A stretch of DNA of 63,946 nucleotides, filler included, from Octopus bimaculoides (lineage: Eukaryota): the NCBI RefSeq assembly GCF_001194135.2. It is 8 parts of 7 records of this genome, joined end to end, with 100 filler letters (N's around TTAATTAATTAA, not from the genome) between each part and the next. Parts side by side here need not be neighbours in the genome. Positions count along the whole stretch, not along the records: positions 18,502 to 27,231 come from NC_068981.1; positions 27,332 to 48,199 come from NC_068983.1; 6 more parts are not named here. One strand, written 5' to 3'. Numbering within the stretch: the stretch's first letter is position 1; every line of letters starts with the position of its first letter. The notes beneath the pieces are model-generated. The model had not been told where the DNA came from. It saw only the letters and a program-made list of their open reading frames with translations, and searched no databases. The position numbers and the translations under genes are program-made. Below, piece by piece: positions 25,097 through 36,910 of the stretch.

Positions 25097-25458
25097 TGTA
25101 TATATATGGTGAAAAATTTGGGAGAGGATGCAAAAATTATCTTGTACCTGGAGTGTGAGTTCCAGTGGTAGTTATATTTGTTCCTTCTAAGCATAGAACC
25201 TTGTAAACCGTGTTGGTCGATCGACTTTTTTTCTTTTTTGTGTGTGAATTAAAATGTGTTGGTAGTGTTAATGGATAGAGACAGGGAGGAAAGATGTGTG
25301 TGATTACAAAGAGGAGATAGGTCAAATCAAAACAAGAAGAGAGAATGGTAGGATAAAAGGGGAAGGTAAAAAGGAGGAAGACAAAAATGAAATCAAGAGA
25401 GAGAGAACGAAATGAGAGATGTGTTAGCTAGTGGTCACAATAAAGTGATTGGAGGAAG

Positions 25459-25498
<40 letters not shown>

Positions 25499-27331
25499 TA
25501 TGTGTGTGTGTGTGTGTGTGTGTGCGTGCGTGCGTACGTGTGTGTGTGTGTTTGTGTGTATATGTATAATTATTTTTGTGCTTAGTGTGGCTTAGTGCGT
25601 GCTCGAGTGCATTCGTATGAATATATGTGTGCGTCCCTGTACTTGTATGTATGTATGTGTGTGTGTTTGTGAGTGTGTGCGTGTTTCTACGTGTGCGCGC
25701 TTGTGTGTCGTATCAGTCAAATAGATCTTAAAACACCGCTTCGATGAAAACCTGAGTTTTACGCTTCTTTTCACCATAAACAACATTTATAAAGCAGCAA
25801 TAATTATCCGATGATGGATACATATGTTTATGCAACGCTACGGAATTAAATTAAAAAGTCTAAGCACTTCCGTCAGCAATTTCTACTGAATTATAGTCTA
25901 TGATCTATTTACCTTGTTTGTTGTATCCACTGTTGTGTGTACCAGAAACATAGAAATAAGAAGTAATTCGTAATTCGCTCTTCACACACGGAATAACTGC
26001 ATCCTAATATTATGAAATGAATTGGCGTATGCAAAAATATTTATTTTAATACAATAAATTTCATCAATAGGCTATATTAACTCTTTCGTTGCTCTGTAAT
26101 TATTACAACATACTCAGAGAATAATTTTCAGATCTTAGTTGAATTACTAGTCCTGGCTACATATTGTTCAATATAGGAATGAGTGAGCCACTTTCTTTAT
26201 GTTCAAAGTGATTGTTTCTCATACACACGGTTTCCTTTATGATCCTACTTGTTACACAAAACAAGACAAAATGATTAAAGCTGTAATCAGTTTATTGAGA
26301 GTAGAAAGCATTTCGTTATAATAATTAATTTCAATATTCAGTTTCTGTGGAGTAGCCATTTAATAAAATGAACGTACAACAATATGCAGCATATTAAGCT
26401 TTCGTTCTTAGCGTGACTACCGACAGCGAAGCATCTCTTATATTTCTGACTCATGACTTACACCACTTATGTTCATCCATGTTCCTGCCTCAAGATTTTC
26501 ACTCCAAACACGCCAGCTCAATTTGATTTGTCTCTATTAGTCGAAGGACGCCAATGAACTACCTTTTTTCCTGTCCGTATTTGTATCATCTACGTGTCGG
26601 GATATTTTATTGTCATCTGTTGCGTTCTTGTTCCATTCTTTGGATGCACAACTCTTCAATACTATTGAATGAACATAAGGAGGCCCTAAGCATATGCAAC
26701 CGCATTTTTTTTCATACATTCAAACTCTACCACAAATCCAAATGCCTAAATAACCACACAGTATATTTCCACATTAATCCATAGGTAATCACTAACAAAC
26801 TTACAAATCTGCATTATAATTTCTAATCCTTATCTAATTCCCCTTTCTTACTTTAGGATAACACTCATTTAATTAAGTATATATATACACACACACATAT
26901 ATATATATATANNNNNNNNNNTCCTTGTAACATATCCTATGAATTTATTATTTACTATATCCTATTTCATATCGACGTCTTCTATTTTAAAAGGCCTATG
27001 TATTTATGATTGTTTGTATATATTTTTAAATATCTAAGTGTTTTTAAATACTGTATGTGCTTGTGTTGTGACCTCTGAATTTTTATTTCTCTATAGTATA
27101 TCATATGAATATATAATTCGCTATGTTTTATATAATATCGACGATTCTACATCTTATTATATATATATTTCTAAAAATGCCTATGCATCTATAAATGTTT
27201 TTAAATAGTTTTAGATATTTGCGAGCTTACANNNNNNNNNNNNNNNNNNNNNNNNNNNNNNNNNNNNNNNNNNNNTTAATTAATTAANNNNNNNNNNNNN
27301 NNNNNNNNNNNNNNNNNNNNNNNNNNNNNNN

Positions 27332-27904
27332 CACACATATGTACATGTATGTATATACGTTCATCCACATGTACATATAGATACATAACTGGGTACATGA
27401 CGTGGCAAAAGAACAAGGACAAAAATGGTAAACAAGGTGCAACAAACAAGCAGGCCACATAGAAACATCCCCTTCATCAGCTGCCACCATTAAAACTCCG
27501 GCGTTTCGAAGAATTAAGGCAGTACGCATCGTTAAAATGGTTCTTCCCACGAACACAAATTAAATTGTTTTCGTGGAGGGTAGTAGCGGACGGAGGACAA
27601 GACAGGAACACGAAACGGTGAAATAAACAAACAAAAAGGCTGTGCAGCTAGACGTGAAGTGTGTATGTCTCGAACGCTGTGAAGCAGGTACAGGAGGGGC
27701 AAAGAAGTACATGCGAGCTTGGTGATTCCAAGAACGGAAAGAAATAGCAGCCGCATACACGTGACCAATGCTGTATGAAGAGAAAGAGTAGCAGAGGGAA
27801 AAGGAGGGGAGGAAGTAGAATAAAAGTGAGCAACGAGAGGTAGAGAGAGAGAGAGAGAGAGATAGTAGTAGTAACGGTGAGAGGCGAAGGACGAGTAACA
27901 AGAG

Positions 27905-27980
<76 letters not shown>

Positions 27981-28253
27981 AGTGACAGTAGAGGCGAAGA
28001 ACAGTAGAGGGAAGAATGAGAGGGGGAGATAGAAATAGAGAGAGTCGCGTTAGAAAAATAGTTAAAAACTTACAGTGTGCGTGCGTTCTGTCGTGATACA
28101 AACATTATATGAGTATATGCACACATATGTACATGTATGTATATACGTTCATCCACATGTACATATAGATACATAACTGGGTATATGACGTGGCAAAAGA
28201 ACAAAGACAAAATGGTAAACAAGGTGCAACAAACAAGCAGACCACACGTGACA
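27332..28253 (-). mobile_element. Small non-coding LTR-like element (direct repeats 27332-27467 and 28120-28253)
   Basis: Two ~135-bp direct repeats of high identity. On the minus strand both begin TGT, and the downstream one is preceded by a purine tract GAAGGGGA. No PBS recognised; one repeat runs into a gap. Confidence 0.5.
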
Positions 28254-28583
28254 TATATATATTTGAAGATAAGCAACAAAAATTCTGCACTGACCATCCG
28301 TTCATAGAGCGATATAAAGGTGGAAACTAGACAGGGGATGACATCTTTGCCGGTGCCCCTAACTGTCAGTCTTATATTTCTCCGTCCCTAATAATGGGGT
28401 AAGTATTAGCTAGGTATGTGCATCAGCATCTTTGCCGTAGTGGGGATGTGTCTTTGGTGTCAAAAACGTAGGTTTTTCTCCACTGGAAAGAGGTTATCTC
28501 CCTACACGTATCTGACAGGACTTATTTCAGTTGTTTTGAGGCTGTTTGAAAGCCTTCATTCTTTTAGGTGATTAAAATATATA

Positions 28584-28643
<60 letters not shown>

Positions 28644-29517
28644 NNNNNNNNNNNNNNNNNNNNNNNNNNNNNNNNNNNNNNNNNNNNNNNNNNNNNNNNN
28701 NNNNNNNNNNNNNNNNNNNNNNNNNNNNNNNNNNNNNNNNNNNNNNNNNNNNNNNNNNNNNNNNNNNNNNNNNNNNNNNNNNNNNNNNNNNNNNNNNNNN
28801 NNNNNNNNNNNNNNNNNNNNNNNNNNNNNNNNNNNNNNNNNNNNNNNNNNNNNNNNNNNNNNNNNNNNNNNNNNNNNNNNNNNNNNNNNNNNNNNNNNNN
28901 NNNNNNNNNNNNNNNNNNNNNNNNNNNNNNNNNNNNNNNNNNNNNNNNNNNNNNNNNNNNNNNNNNNNNNNNNNNNNNNNNNNNNNNNNNNNNNNNNNNN
29001 NNNNNNNNNNNNNNNNNNNNNNNNNNNNNNNNNNNNNNNNNNNNNNNNNNNNNNNNNNNNNNNNNNNNNNNNNNNNNNNNNNNNNNNNNNNNNNNNNNNN
29101 NNNNNNNNNNNNNNNNNNNNNNNNNNNNNNNNNNNNNNNNNNNNNNNNNNNNNNNNNNNNNNNNNNNNNNNNNNNNNNNNNNNNNNNNNNNNNNNNNNNN
29201 NNNNNNNNNNNNNNNNNNNNNNNNNNNNNNNNNNNNNNNNNNNNNNNNNNNNNNNNNNNNNNNNNNNNNNNNNNNNNNNNNNNNNNNNNNNNNNNNNNNN
29301 NNNNNNNNNNNNNNNNNNNNNNNNNNNNNNNNNNNNNNNNNNNNNNNNNNNNNNNNNNNNNNNNNNNNNNNNNNNNNNNNNNNNNNNNNNNNNNNNNNNN
29401 NNNNNNNNNNNNNNNNNNNNNNNNNNNNNNNNNNNNNNNNNNNNNNNNNNNNNNNNNNNNNNNNNNNNNNNNNNNNNNNNNNNNNNNNNNNNNNNNNNNN
29501 NNNNNNNNNNNNNNNNN

Positions 29518-29654
29518 ATGGTACTTATTTCATCGACTCTGAAAGTATGAAAACAAAATCGACTTGGGCGGAATTTGAACTGTGAACTTAAAGATGGACG
29601 AAATGAGCGATTAGCACTTTGTCCGGCGTGCTAACGATTTTGCCAGCTCGCCGC
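29518..29654 (-). mobile_element. tRNA-derived SINE, 5' part
   Basis: GCGGCGAGCTGGCAAAATCGTTAGCACGCCGG...GTTCAAATTCCGCC...GTCGATGAAAATAAGTACC. Confidence 0.8.
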
Positions 29655-29663
29655 TTTACCTTC

Positions 29664-29704
<41 letters not shown>

Positions 29705-29705
<1 letters not shown>

Positions 29706-29772
29706 CTTATCTATTACAGGCACAAGGCCTGGAATTTGAAGGGAGGGGATAGTCGATTACATCGATCCCAGT
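29705..29772 (-). mobile_element. SINE 3' tail followed by (ATT)n at 29664-29704
   Basis: ACTGGGATCGATGTAATCGACT...GGCCTTGTGCC aligns with the tails of 29872-30090, 37131-37350 and 53154-53365. Confidence 0.75.
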
Positions 29773-29803
29773 ATGAAGATTTCTTTTATCAAAAATAAAA
29801 GGA

Positions 29804-29875
29804 TGTGTCGGCTGGGAGTCGAACCAGGATCGACTGCTTGGAAAGCCACCATGCTAACCGTTATTCAACCGAATA
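29804..29875 (-). tRNA. tRNA-Gly(TCC) pseudogene
   Basis: TCGGTTGAATAACGGTTAGCATGGTGGCTTTCCAAGCAGTCGATCCTGGTTCGACTCCCAGCCGACACA matches metazoan tRNA-Gly-TCC (GGTTAGCAT, TTCCAAGCAG, GGTTCGA.TCCC.GCCGAC). Mismatches in the anticodon and T stems, 5' end eroded, followed by a TTTTATTTTT trailer. Confidence 0.8.
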
Positions 29876-30090
29876 ATAATAATCCTTTGTACTATAAGCA
29901 CAGGCCTGAAATTTTAGTAGAGTGGGGGACAGTTGATTACACCGGCTTCAATGCTCAACTTGTACTTATTTCATTGACCCCGAAAGGATGAAAGGCAAAG
30001 TCGACCTCGACGGAACTCAGACCATAAAGACAAACGAAATGCTGCTAAGTATTTTGTCCGACGTCATAACATTTCTGTCAGCTCGTCACC
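29872..30090 (-). mobile_element. Full-length tRNA-derived SINE with (ATT)n tail
   Basis: GGTGACGAGCTGACAGAAATG...GAGGTCGACTTTGCCTTTCATCCTTTCGGGGTCAATGAAATAAGTAC...GGATTATTATT. Confidence 0.8.
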
Positions 30091-31840
30091 TTGATGGCCA
30101 ATTACAGTTACTTTAGATGTTGTAAACCAATTTCGCCGATTGAACTGTAGGGCAAAATTATGCCATTCTTCCTTGACCAAACTGAGCTGGATCTCTTCGT
30201 AGTTGCTTCTACCATAGCCTTGAGTGTTCTGGTTCTCTTTCTTCCAGAAATTTTGAGCCGTTTCATTAGAACGTACGCAGATTGGCCCATTCACACGAGG
30301 ACTTTTGTCGTTACAAACAGTCATTTTCAATTATAATGGTATGTTGTCAGTTGTATTTTTAATACTATTATTGAAATAGAGAAAAAATAAATGTTTGAAT
30401 TTTATTTGGTTTATTTTATTATGACGCACAAAAGAAAAAGAAAAAAAGAAAGAAAAAAACAGACCTTGTTTATTTTCTATGTCATTCATTTCAACGACAG
30501 CAGGGTTGCAATTATATTAGATCGTGATCTGTCTGTTAAATTCAGATAATATCAATATATTTATTTCACCGGAGGATAAATTTATTGGTAGGATAGTGTA
30601 GTCAGACTGAATTCTTTTACAGGGCTGCACTAAAAAGGAAAAAAATTACAAGTCAATTTAAGAAAAATTTATATTTGTAGAGTAAAGATCGTCGGGGTGG
30701 GGGTGAGATCACCAGAAGAAAACTTGAGGGCAACATGCGGCCCAATGAGCTACGGATGAGAACCACCGGTCTACAGTCATGAAATGTATCGGTTCATAAA
30801 CCACGTGACGCCCAATTAAGGTTTCTAAAGTATATAACACGTCGATCCGACGAGAACCATCTAGCCATCCTGGAGAGGTCAAGCCTTTCCAGTGCGCAGA
30901 TGACTTTGTCTGGAGTCGCAATATTTATGCGTGGTTTAATATAAACAACAAAACCACCACAAACAAAAGATACTGGTCAACTCGAGACTGTTGTGGTAGA
31001 CACGTGTGAAAGGATGATGTTTAAATCTTTGTTATATAAGTCGATCTGTTTTGCAAGTAGATTTATGCACACGATTCTCCCCTATCCACGGTTGTCGATT
31101 TTCGCTTTTTATAGTTGATGCTAAAGGCCTTCTGTGAAACTTTCACAGAGTCTTAATGGCGTAATTTTATGGTTTCCTCGGCAGCGTTTACAGTTCTGGA
31201 GTTCGCCATTGAATAGCTTCTTTGGACGCCGCTTATTAGGTTTGTGAATTACAAACAAAAATGGACACAAACAAAAGTTGTTTTAAAAATGGATGAGCCA
31301 AACATATACATATACATTTATAAATATACCTAACCATACGTAACCATACATATAAAAATGTGTTTGTGAGTATATCTATCTGTGTATATGCGTTGAGTGT
31401 GTAAGTATAAGCTATAAGAAAAAAGCTTACCCAGTATTGCACGACTTAATAAGATTTCGATTTGTTCCGCGGTTGTCCACCAATTTGGTTGTGTATATAT
31501 TTATATATTATTATATTAGCCGGTGAAATACACAAATGATATTTAGAATGTAATAGATAAAACTCAGTCTGTAAAACATCCAATTTTGGCATATCAAGAA
31601 ATATGAAATAAACAAAGCTGGGGTCTTGTTGAAACAATTCGAACGTTGCTACGTCATAATGGAGACATTGCAAACGAGTAGCACTGTTTTAAGTAAATTA
31701 TATTTCTAGATTTAATCACCACACCTACACATACACATTCACACATATATACATACACGTATCTATCTATCAATCTATTTATATGCGTAGCTGTCTGTCT
31801 TTCTACACACTCACACACAAAAAAATACACACACACAAAA

Positions 31841-31878
<38 letters not shown>

Positions 31879-31938
31879 GAACAGAAATATACCTTATTTA
31901 CATTTTGCAGATATTTGTCCTCATCTTGTTTGTTGTTA

Positions 31939-31982
31939 ACACATCGTTTTGGCTGATATACCCTCCAGCCTTTATCAGGTGT
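31939..31982 (-). ncRNA. Degenerate hammerhead motif (CTGATAA ... AAAA), probably inactive
   Basis: ACAC-CTGATAA-AGGCTG..CAGCC-AAAA-CGAT-GTGT: two core substitutions relative to the right-arm copy. Confidence 0.6.
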
Positions 31983-32030
31983 CTTGGGAAAATTTCAAGC
32001 CTGGATTCTCATTCCTAAGGTATTTTTCGA

Positions 32031-32139
32031 TGTTGTTGTTATTGTTGTTGTTGTTGTTGTTCTTGTTCTTCTTCTTGTTGTTGTTGTTGTTGTTGTTCTT
32101 CTTCTTCTTCTTCTTCTTCTTCTTCTTCTTCTTCTTCTT

Positions 32140-32224
<85 letters not shown>
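32031..32224. repeat. Compound trinucleotide microsatellite (GTT)n(CTT)n(ATT)n
   Basis: Directly visible. Confidence 0.95.
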
Positions 32225-32227
<3 letters not shown>

Positions 32228-32319
32228 TCACTGCCTGAAATCGAACCTGAATAACAACAACAACAACAACATCGAAAAATACCTTAGGAATGAGAATCCA
32301 GGTTTGAAATTTCCCCAAG

Positions 32320-32363
32320 ACACCTGATGATGGCTGGAGAGTATATCAGCTGAAACGTTGTGT
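32320..32363 (+). ncRNA. Minimal type I hammerhead ribozyme motif
   Basis: Stem I ACAC/GTGT; core CTGATGA; one extra nt; stem II GGCTG/CAGCT; GAAA; palindromic ACGT in place of stem III; H17 = U. Confidence 0.7.
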
Positions 32364-32559
32364 TAACAACAAACAAGATGAGGACAGATATCCGTCAAAT
32401 GTAAATCATGTAAATAATGTACATAATTCCTCTTCTTTTAAATACAGAACAGAATTAGATACAATGAAATATATCTACACATATTCAAAGGCTCACAGCT
32501 CTTCAATGCCCTGCCACAAAAAATTTAAAATCTGCATAAGGTGGAAGTAGATATCTTCA

Positions 32560-32800
32560 AAAAGGAACTAGACATCCGCCTTCTCCACAATATCGGAGGA
32601 TGAACCAGCAGCCCGACATGAGGTGCAGACGAGGGCAGCGGAATCAAACTCCCTTATGTACCAAACGTACCAACTGCTGAGACAAAAGCAAATACAAGAA
32701 TGTTGATGTGAAACACCCAGACTGAGGAAATCAGAAAGACCATGGTGGTGCTCCAGCATGACCACAGCTGCATGGCTGAAACGTCTAAAAGAGTAAAAGA
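32560..32800 (+). mobile_element. Possible LINE 3' end carrying the same tail as the local SINEs
   Basis: GC-richer block ending GGTGCTCCAGCATGACCACAG...TGGCTGAAACGTCTAAAAGAGTAAAAGAAT, with upstream sequence unlike any SINE body in the window. Confidence 0.35.
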
Positions 32801-32867
32801 ATATACATACGGTCACATATATACATTTGTGTTTGTGTGTTCGTGTATGTGCGTGTTACTGTGTTTT

Positions 32868-32933
<66 letters not shown>

Positions 32934-32962
32934 NNNNNNNNNNAAAGCGGGAGAGAGAGGGG

Positions 32963-33011
<49 letters not shown>

Positions 33012-33980
33012 ATAGAAAGTTGCGCGCATGTTTGTCTGTCTTGTTTGGTATTTAATAGAAGAGACAACAGAGTCTATAAAATTTCAATTTCCGCGTCTGA
33101 TGAAACATGAAACATATAAAGCAATGTCGAGAGACAGTTTTAAGAACAATGTGACCATTATTACTTCATAACAAAAACACCACGAAAGAATAAAAACAGA
33201 AAGACCTATTATTATCTAACAAATTAAATCATATTTCTCAATTGAAATTAAACATTAGTTTTAAAAAGAATGCAAGTTACCTGACGTCATAACGAAATAT
33301 TTTCCTGTCTGAAAACGAATTTTTTTCTGTTTACAAGAGCAGAAATGCTTTAGTAATGAGAAAAACAGGAAGAAGGTCAATACTGGACGAGATTAATTAA
33401 CATAATTTTATTTCTATTGTTGTGTGGGTGTTTTTTTTTATTTATTTTCGACTGGTCTGTGGTGGTGACTATTTGAGTTGATGAATGAAAATATGCTTCT
33501 TGGACTGCATGAAGAAGAAACAACCTCCGCGATCATTTAACAGAAGATTTTACACTTGCACAATAAATCAAACTGCGTTGGTCTTTTTACAGATAACAAC
33601 AGCATTAATTACATACCGGGAGAGATAAACTGCTTGGAATTTACGGCGAGGTATTGATATACCAACATGCGGCTTGTCCTGCATATCTGCAAACATATAT
33701 GCTACATTCCTGTAACCTGTCAAGGCCGTCTGCATGGGCCATCTGATGTGACAAGAATGGAGATACATATTCAGCTGCCTCAACATTCTACTATTCATTG
33801 CCGCCAGAAGCGGCATTTTATAGGGCACAAGAAGATTCTAGAGGACCGAATCATGTGATGGCTTAACGCTGATTAGTTGCTTAATAGATCGGCCATGTGA
33901 AACTATTGTGATTCAGCCGTGATGTCTGACCGGGTATCCAGAGATTCGGTTTCGAATCCCCACTACACTTTTATATTTCA

Positions 33981-34488
33981 TCTTTTCCTTGTTTCAGTCA
34001 TTGAACTGTGGCCACACTGGAGCACCGCCTTGAAGGGTATTGTAGTCGAACAAATCGTTCTCAGTAGTTATCTATTTTCTCATTCTTTTGCCGAACCGCT
34101 AATGTTACGGGGACGTGAGACAACCAACGGACAGACATAAACACAAACGTGTGTGCGCGCGTACAGACACGCACACTCATATGCATACATACATACATAC
34201 ATACATACATACATACATACATACATACATGGTAGGCAGAAGCTGAAAGAGGCCTGTCGTATATGAATGTGTGTACATGTGTTTGCGTGAGTGTGTTTTT
34301 ACACATACACACACATACGATAAACTTTTTTCGGTTTATGTCTGCCAAATCCACTCATAAGATATTGGTGGGCTCGGGGCTATAATAGAAGTCATTTGTC
34401 CAAGGAGCTGCACAGTAGAATTGAACACAAGGCCACATGGTTGGGAATTGAGAAACAAGCTTCGTAACTACACAACCACGACTGCACC
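33981..34488 (-). mobile_element. Near full-length CORE-like SINE with internal (CATA)/(CA) microsatellites
   Basis: Head at 34488-34390 (TTGGACAAATGAC core), central GCAGACATAAACCGAAA, tail GCGGTTCGGCAAAAGA...CAATGACTGAAACAAGG. Confidence 0.7.
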
Positions 34489-34955
34489 TTTATTGTGAAT
34501 GTTAGCAATCTAACTGATAATTGACTTAAAACAGCTGCAGTCTGTAGTCTGAAGCATTCGGTAAGACGATTTGGAATATTCAAACTAATAAATAGCATTG
34601 ATTTTTTAAATAGCGGAAAATTTATGCTGAATCTATATTAGTATTTTATGGTTTTGTGATTAAGAAGTTTTGTTGACAGCTACGTGTTTGATTTCAATAT
34701 GACCCTGGCATGAAAAGCATGATGGAATGTCTTCTCCAGGTGGTGCTATTGAGTTAGTGACTGCCCCGGGCCATTCGTGGCTGAAATCTGTTTAAGTATC
34801 TATAGACCCGGATGAAAATAATGTTTGGGTGAATTTGGTGGACAGAAACTGTGTGGAACTCCATCGTATAATGTATAATTGTGCGTGTATGTATATATAT
34901 CAGTACGTACGTTCGTACGTATGTATGTATGTATGTANNNNNNNNNNNNNNNNNN

Positions 34956-34990
<35 letters not shown>

Positions 34991-35039
34991 ATATATCAGT
35001 ACGTACGTTCGTACGTATGTATGTATGTATGTATGTACT

Positions 35040-35352
35040 AATCTGGAGAAATTGGACTTCTCAAAACCAGAAAGGAGAAAGCTGATTCGAAGACTACAGA
35101 TCCAATCCACCACTGGAAATGTAAGAATCTGTGAAACTTGCCAGAAGTTTAGCATTTAAATATATATGAGCATGTCTAGATATGTGATTATATGCATGAC
35201 AATGCAGATATAAAACAAAACATAAGATCTGCACGTATACCTACAAACGAAAATACCCTGTTAATGTTGAAATCTCAATGGAGCCTTGGATTTAGGTTAG
35301 AAACCGGCTCTTTCTCTATTGGCAAGAAATCTTGGAATAAAACTGAATAATG
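35040..35352 (+). mobile_element. 3' end of a putative RLE-type LINE (C-terminal codons plus 3'UTR) followed by (CATA)n
   Basis: NLEKLDFSKPERRKLIRRLQIQSTTGNVRICETCQKFSI* (stop 35157-35159), then ~190 nt and (CATA)n at 35353-35411. The last 73 nt recur at 36838-36910. Confidence 0.5.
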
Positions 35353-35366
35353 ACATACATACATAC

Positions 35367-35397
<31 letters not shown>

Positions 35398-36021
35398 CAT
35401 ACATACATACAAATGTGACGATTATGTTGCAGTGTATAAATGCATCAGATAAATGAATGAAGAACATTAATAATCGCTTACTAAAATGGCCATTTATTTA
35501 TGTTTATTATGTGAGTCGTCACAATATACAAAATACAATTTTGTCCTGTTCTTGTGTGAGTAAAAGTTGTTTGTAGCTGCAGTAAACAAATCGTATTTAG
35601 TTTCATGGTCAATTGTGTTTGGTAAGCTTTATCTGTGTGTTCATCTAAAAAGAGACAGAGTAATAAAGTCTAGCTACGTAGAGAGGGTGATAGATCTGCT
35701 ATCGAGCGCTTTGACCAGCATACTGAGAGAGGTGCTCTTCGGGTAGACGTCAAGTGACCAAAACAGAAAGAGCTTATTCGCAATTTTGGTTTGATATCTT
35801 ACTAAACTAGCCAAGCCGAAACAAAATGATTCATCCGCTGTATCAGATTTGACCTGTGAATAACTCGAAACGGTCCAAGAGTTTAATTTATTCTCATTAG
35901 TCTCTTAGTGTAACAGGCGAAAACAATAGGCCGATGAGTTTTTGAAATGTGGATTAGGTTTCAAATCCTAGCTCAGAAAGTTCGTAGCTGTTCCATACAC
36001 ACACGCACACACATGATTTGT

Positions 36022-36300
36022 GAGGGCGCATGGCCAAGTGGTTAGGGTGTTGCACTCACGATCACGAGATCGTGGTTTCAATTCCTGGACCGAATGGTGC
36101 GTTGTGTTTTTGAACAAGACAATCCATCTCACGCTGCTGTACCATCACTTCGTCACCTGACCTGTGGTACACCGCAATTCTGTTCAGGCAACGTCGATTT
36201 GATGGAGGGAGTCAGTGAATGTACAGCACAAAAGTTTGGTTCATCTATAAACAATTCATTTGGTCTGGTCGTTCAGCAAGAATTTGCAGGTCCGTCTTTC
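36022..36300 (+). mobile_element. tRNA-derived SINE (third family)
   Basis: A box GGCCAAGTGGTTAGG and B box GGTTTCAATTCC with a tRNA-like spacing, followed by a non-tRNA body. Confidence 0.65.
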
Positions 36301-36411
36301 TCGGACTACGAGAGACTACCATCATATTACTGTAATGATCTGAGAGAGATTTGGCTGGTATTTCTCGCAGGTGAATGAAAAGAGAAAGGTTCTCAATCTA
36401 ACCCTCAAGCC

Positions 36412-36489
<78 letters not shown>

Positions 36490-36837
36490 AAATGAATTGG
36501 CTTCAATCGTCAACTGAAACACAGTTGCCGTCTCTGCTTCGTAGGAATCTACGTCTTGCTTTTCAGTAATTGTCTATCACCGTACAATACTTAATACCGA
36601 CGTGACCTGTGTTTAGCTTATGCCTGAAGCTAAAAAAGCACCTGGAACAGGTTCTAAAATTATATAATCATAATACGCAGTAGATATCAGGAAAGTTAAA
36701 CAATGTATTTGCAGATGTTAAAGATATTAGACGCTGTTGCAAAATCTTCGTTGTTTCTTCAGATACATACACACATACATACATACATACATACATACAT
36801 ACATACATACATACATACATACATGTATACATACATA

Positions 36838-36910
36838 GGAGCCTTGGATCTAGGTTAGAAACCGGCTCTTTCTCTATTGGCAAGAAATTTTGAAATACAA
36901 CTGAATAATG
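36838..36910 (+). mobile_element. Very short 5'-truncated copy of the 35040-35352 element, flanked on both sides by (CATA)n
   Basis: GGAGCCTTGGATCTAGGTTAGAAACCGGCTCTTTCTCTATTGGCAAGAAAT...ACTGAATAATG; near-identical to 35280-35352. Confidence 0.8.

Larger units (their letters stand above)
31896..32410. mobile_element. Head-to-head inverted pair of a hammerhead-bearing, PLE-like repeat
   Basis: 31896-32040 is the reverse complement of ~32253-32406. Inner TTATTCAGGT/ACCTGAATAA also pair around a 16-nt spacer. The left arm carries an expanded (GTT)(CTT)(ATT) tract. Confidence 0.85.

Noticed and set aside
27468-27530. GAAAC ... CTGATGA on the minus strand, suggesting a type II hammerhead
   Set aside because: No arrangement gives stem III, a UH site and stem I together; stem II would rely mostly on G-U pairs.
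33540-33655. LRR-like reading KILHLHN...DNNSINYIPGEINCLE with a possible splice acceptor
   Set aside because: A single short imperfect repeat bounded by stops with a weak donor; no supporting neighbouring exons.
34890-35038. Identical TATATATCAGTACGTACGTTCGTACGTATG blocks on both sides of a short gap
   Set aside because: Most likely overlapping contig ends rather than a real duplication.
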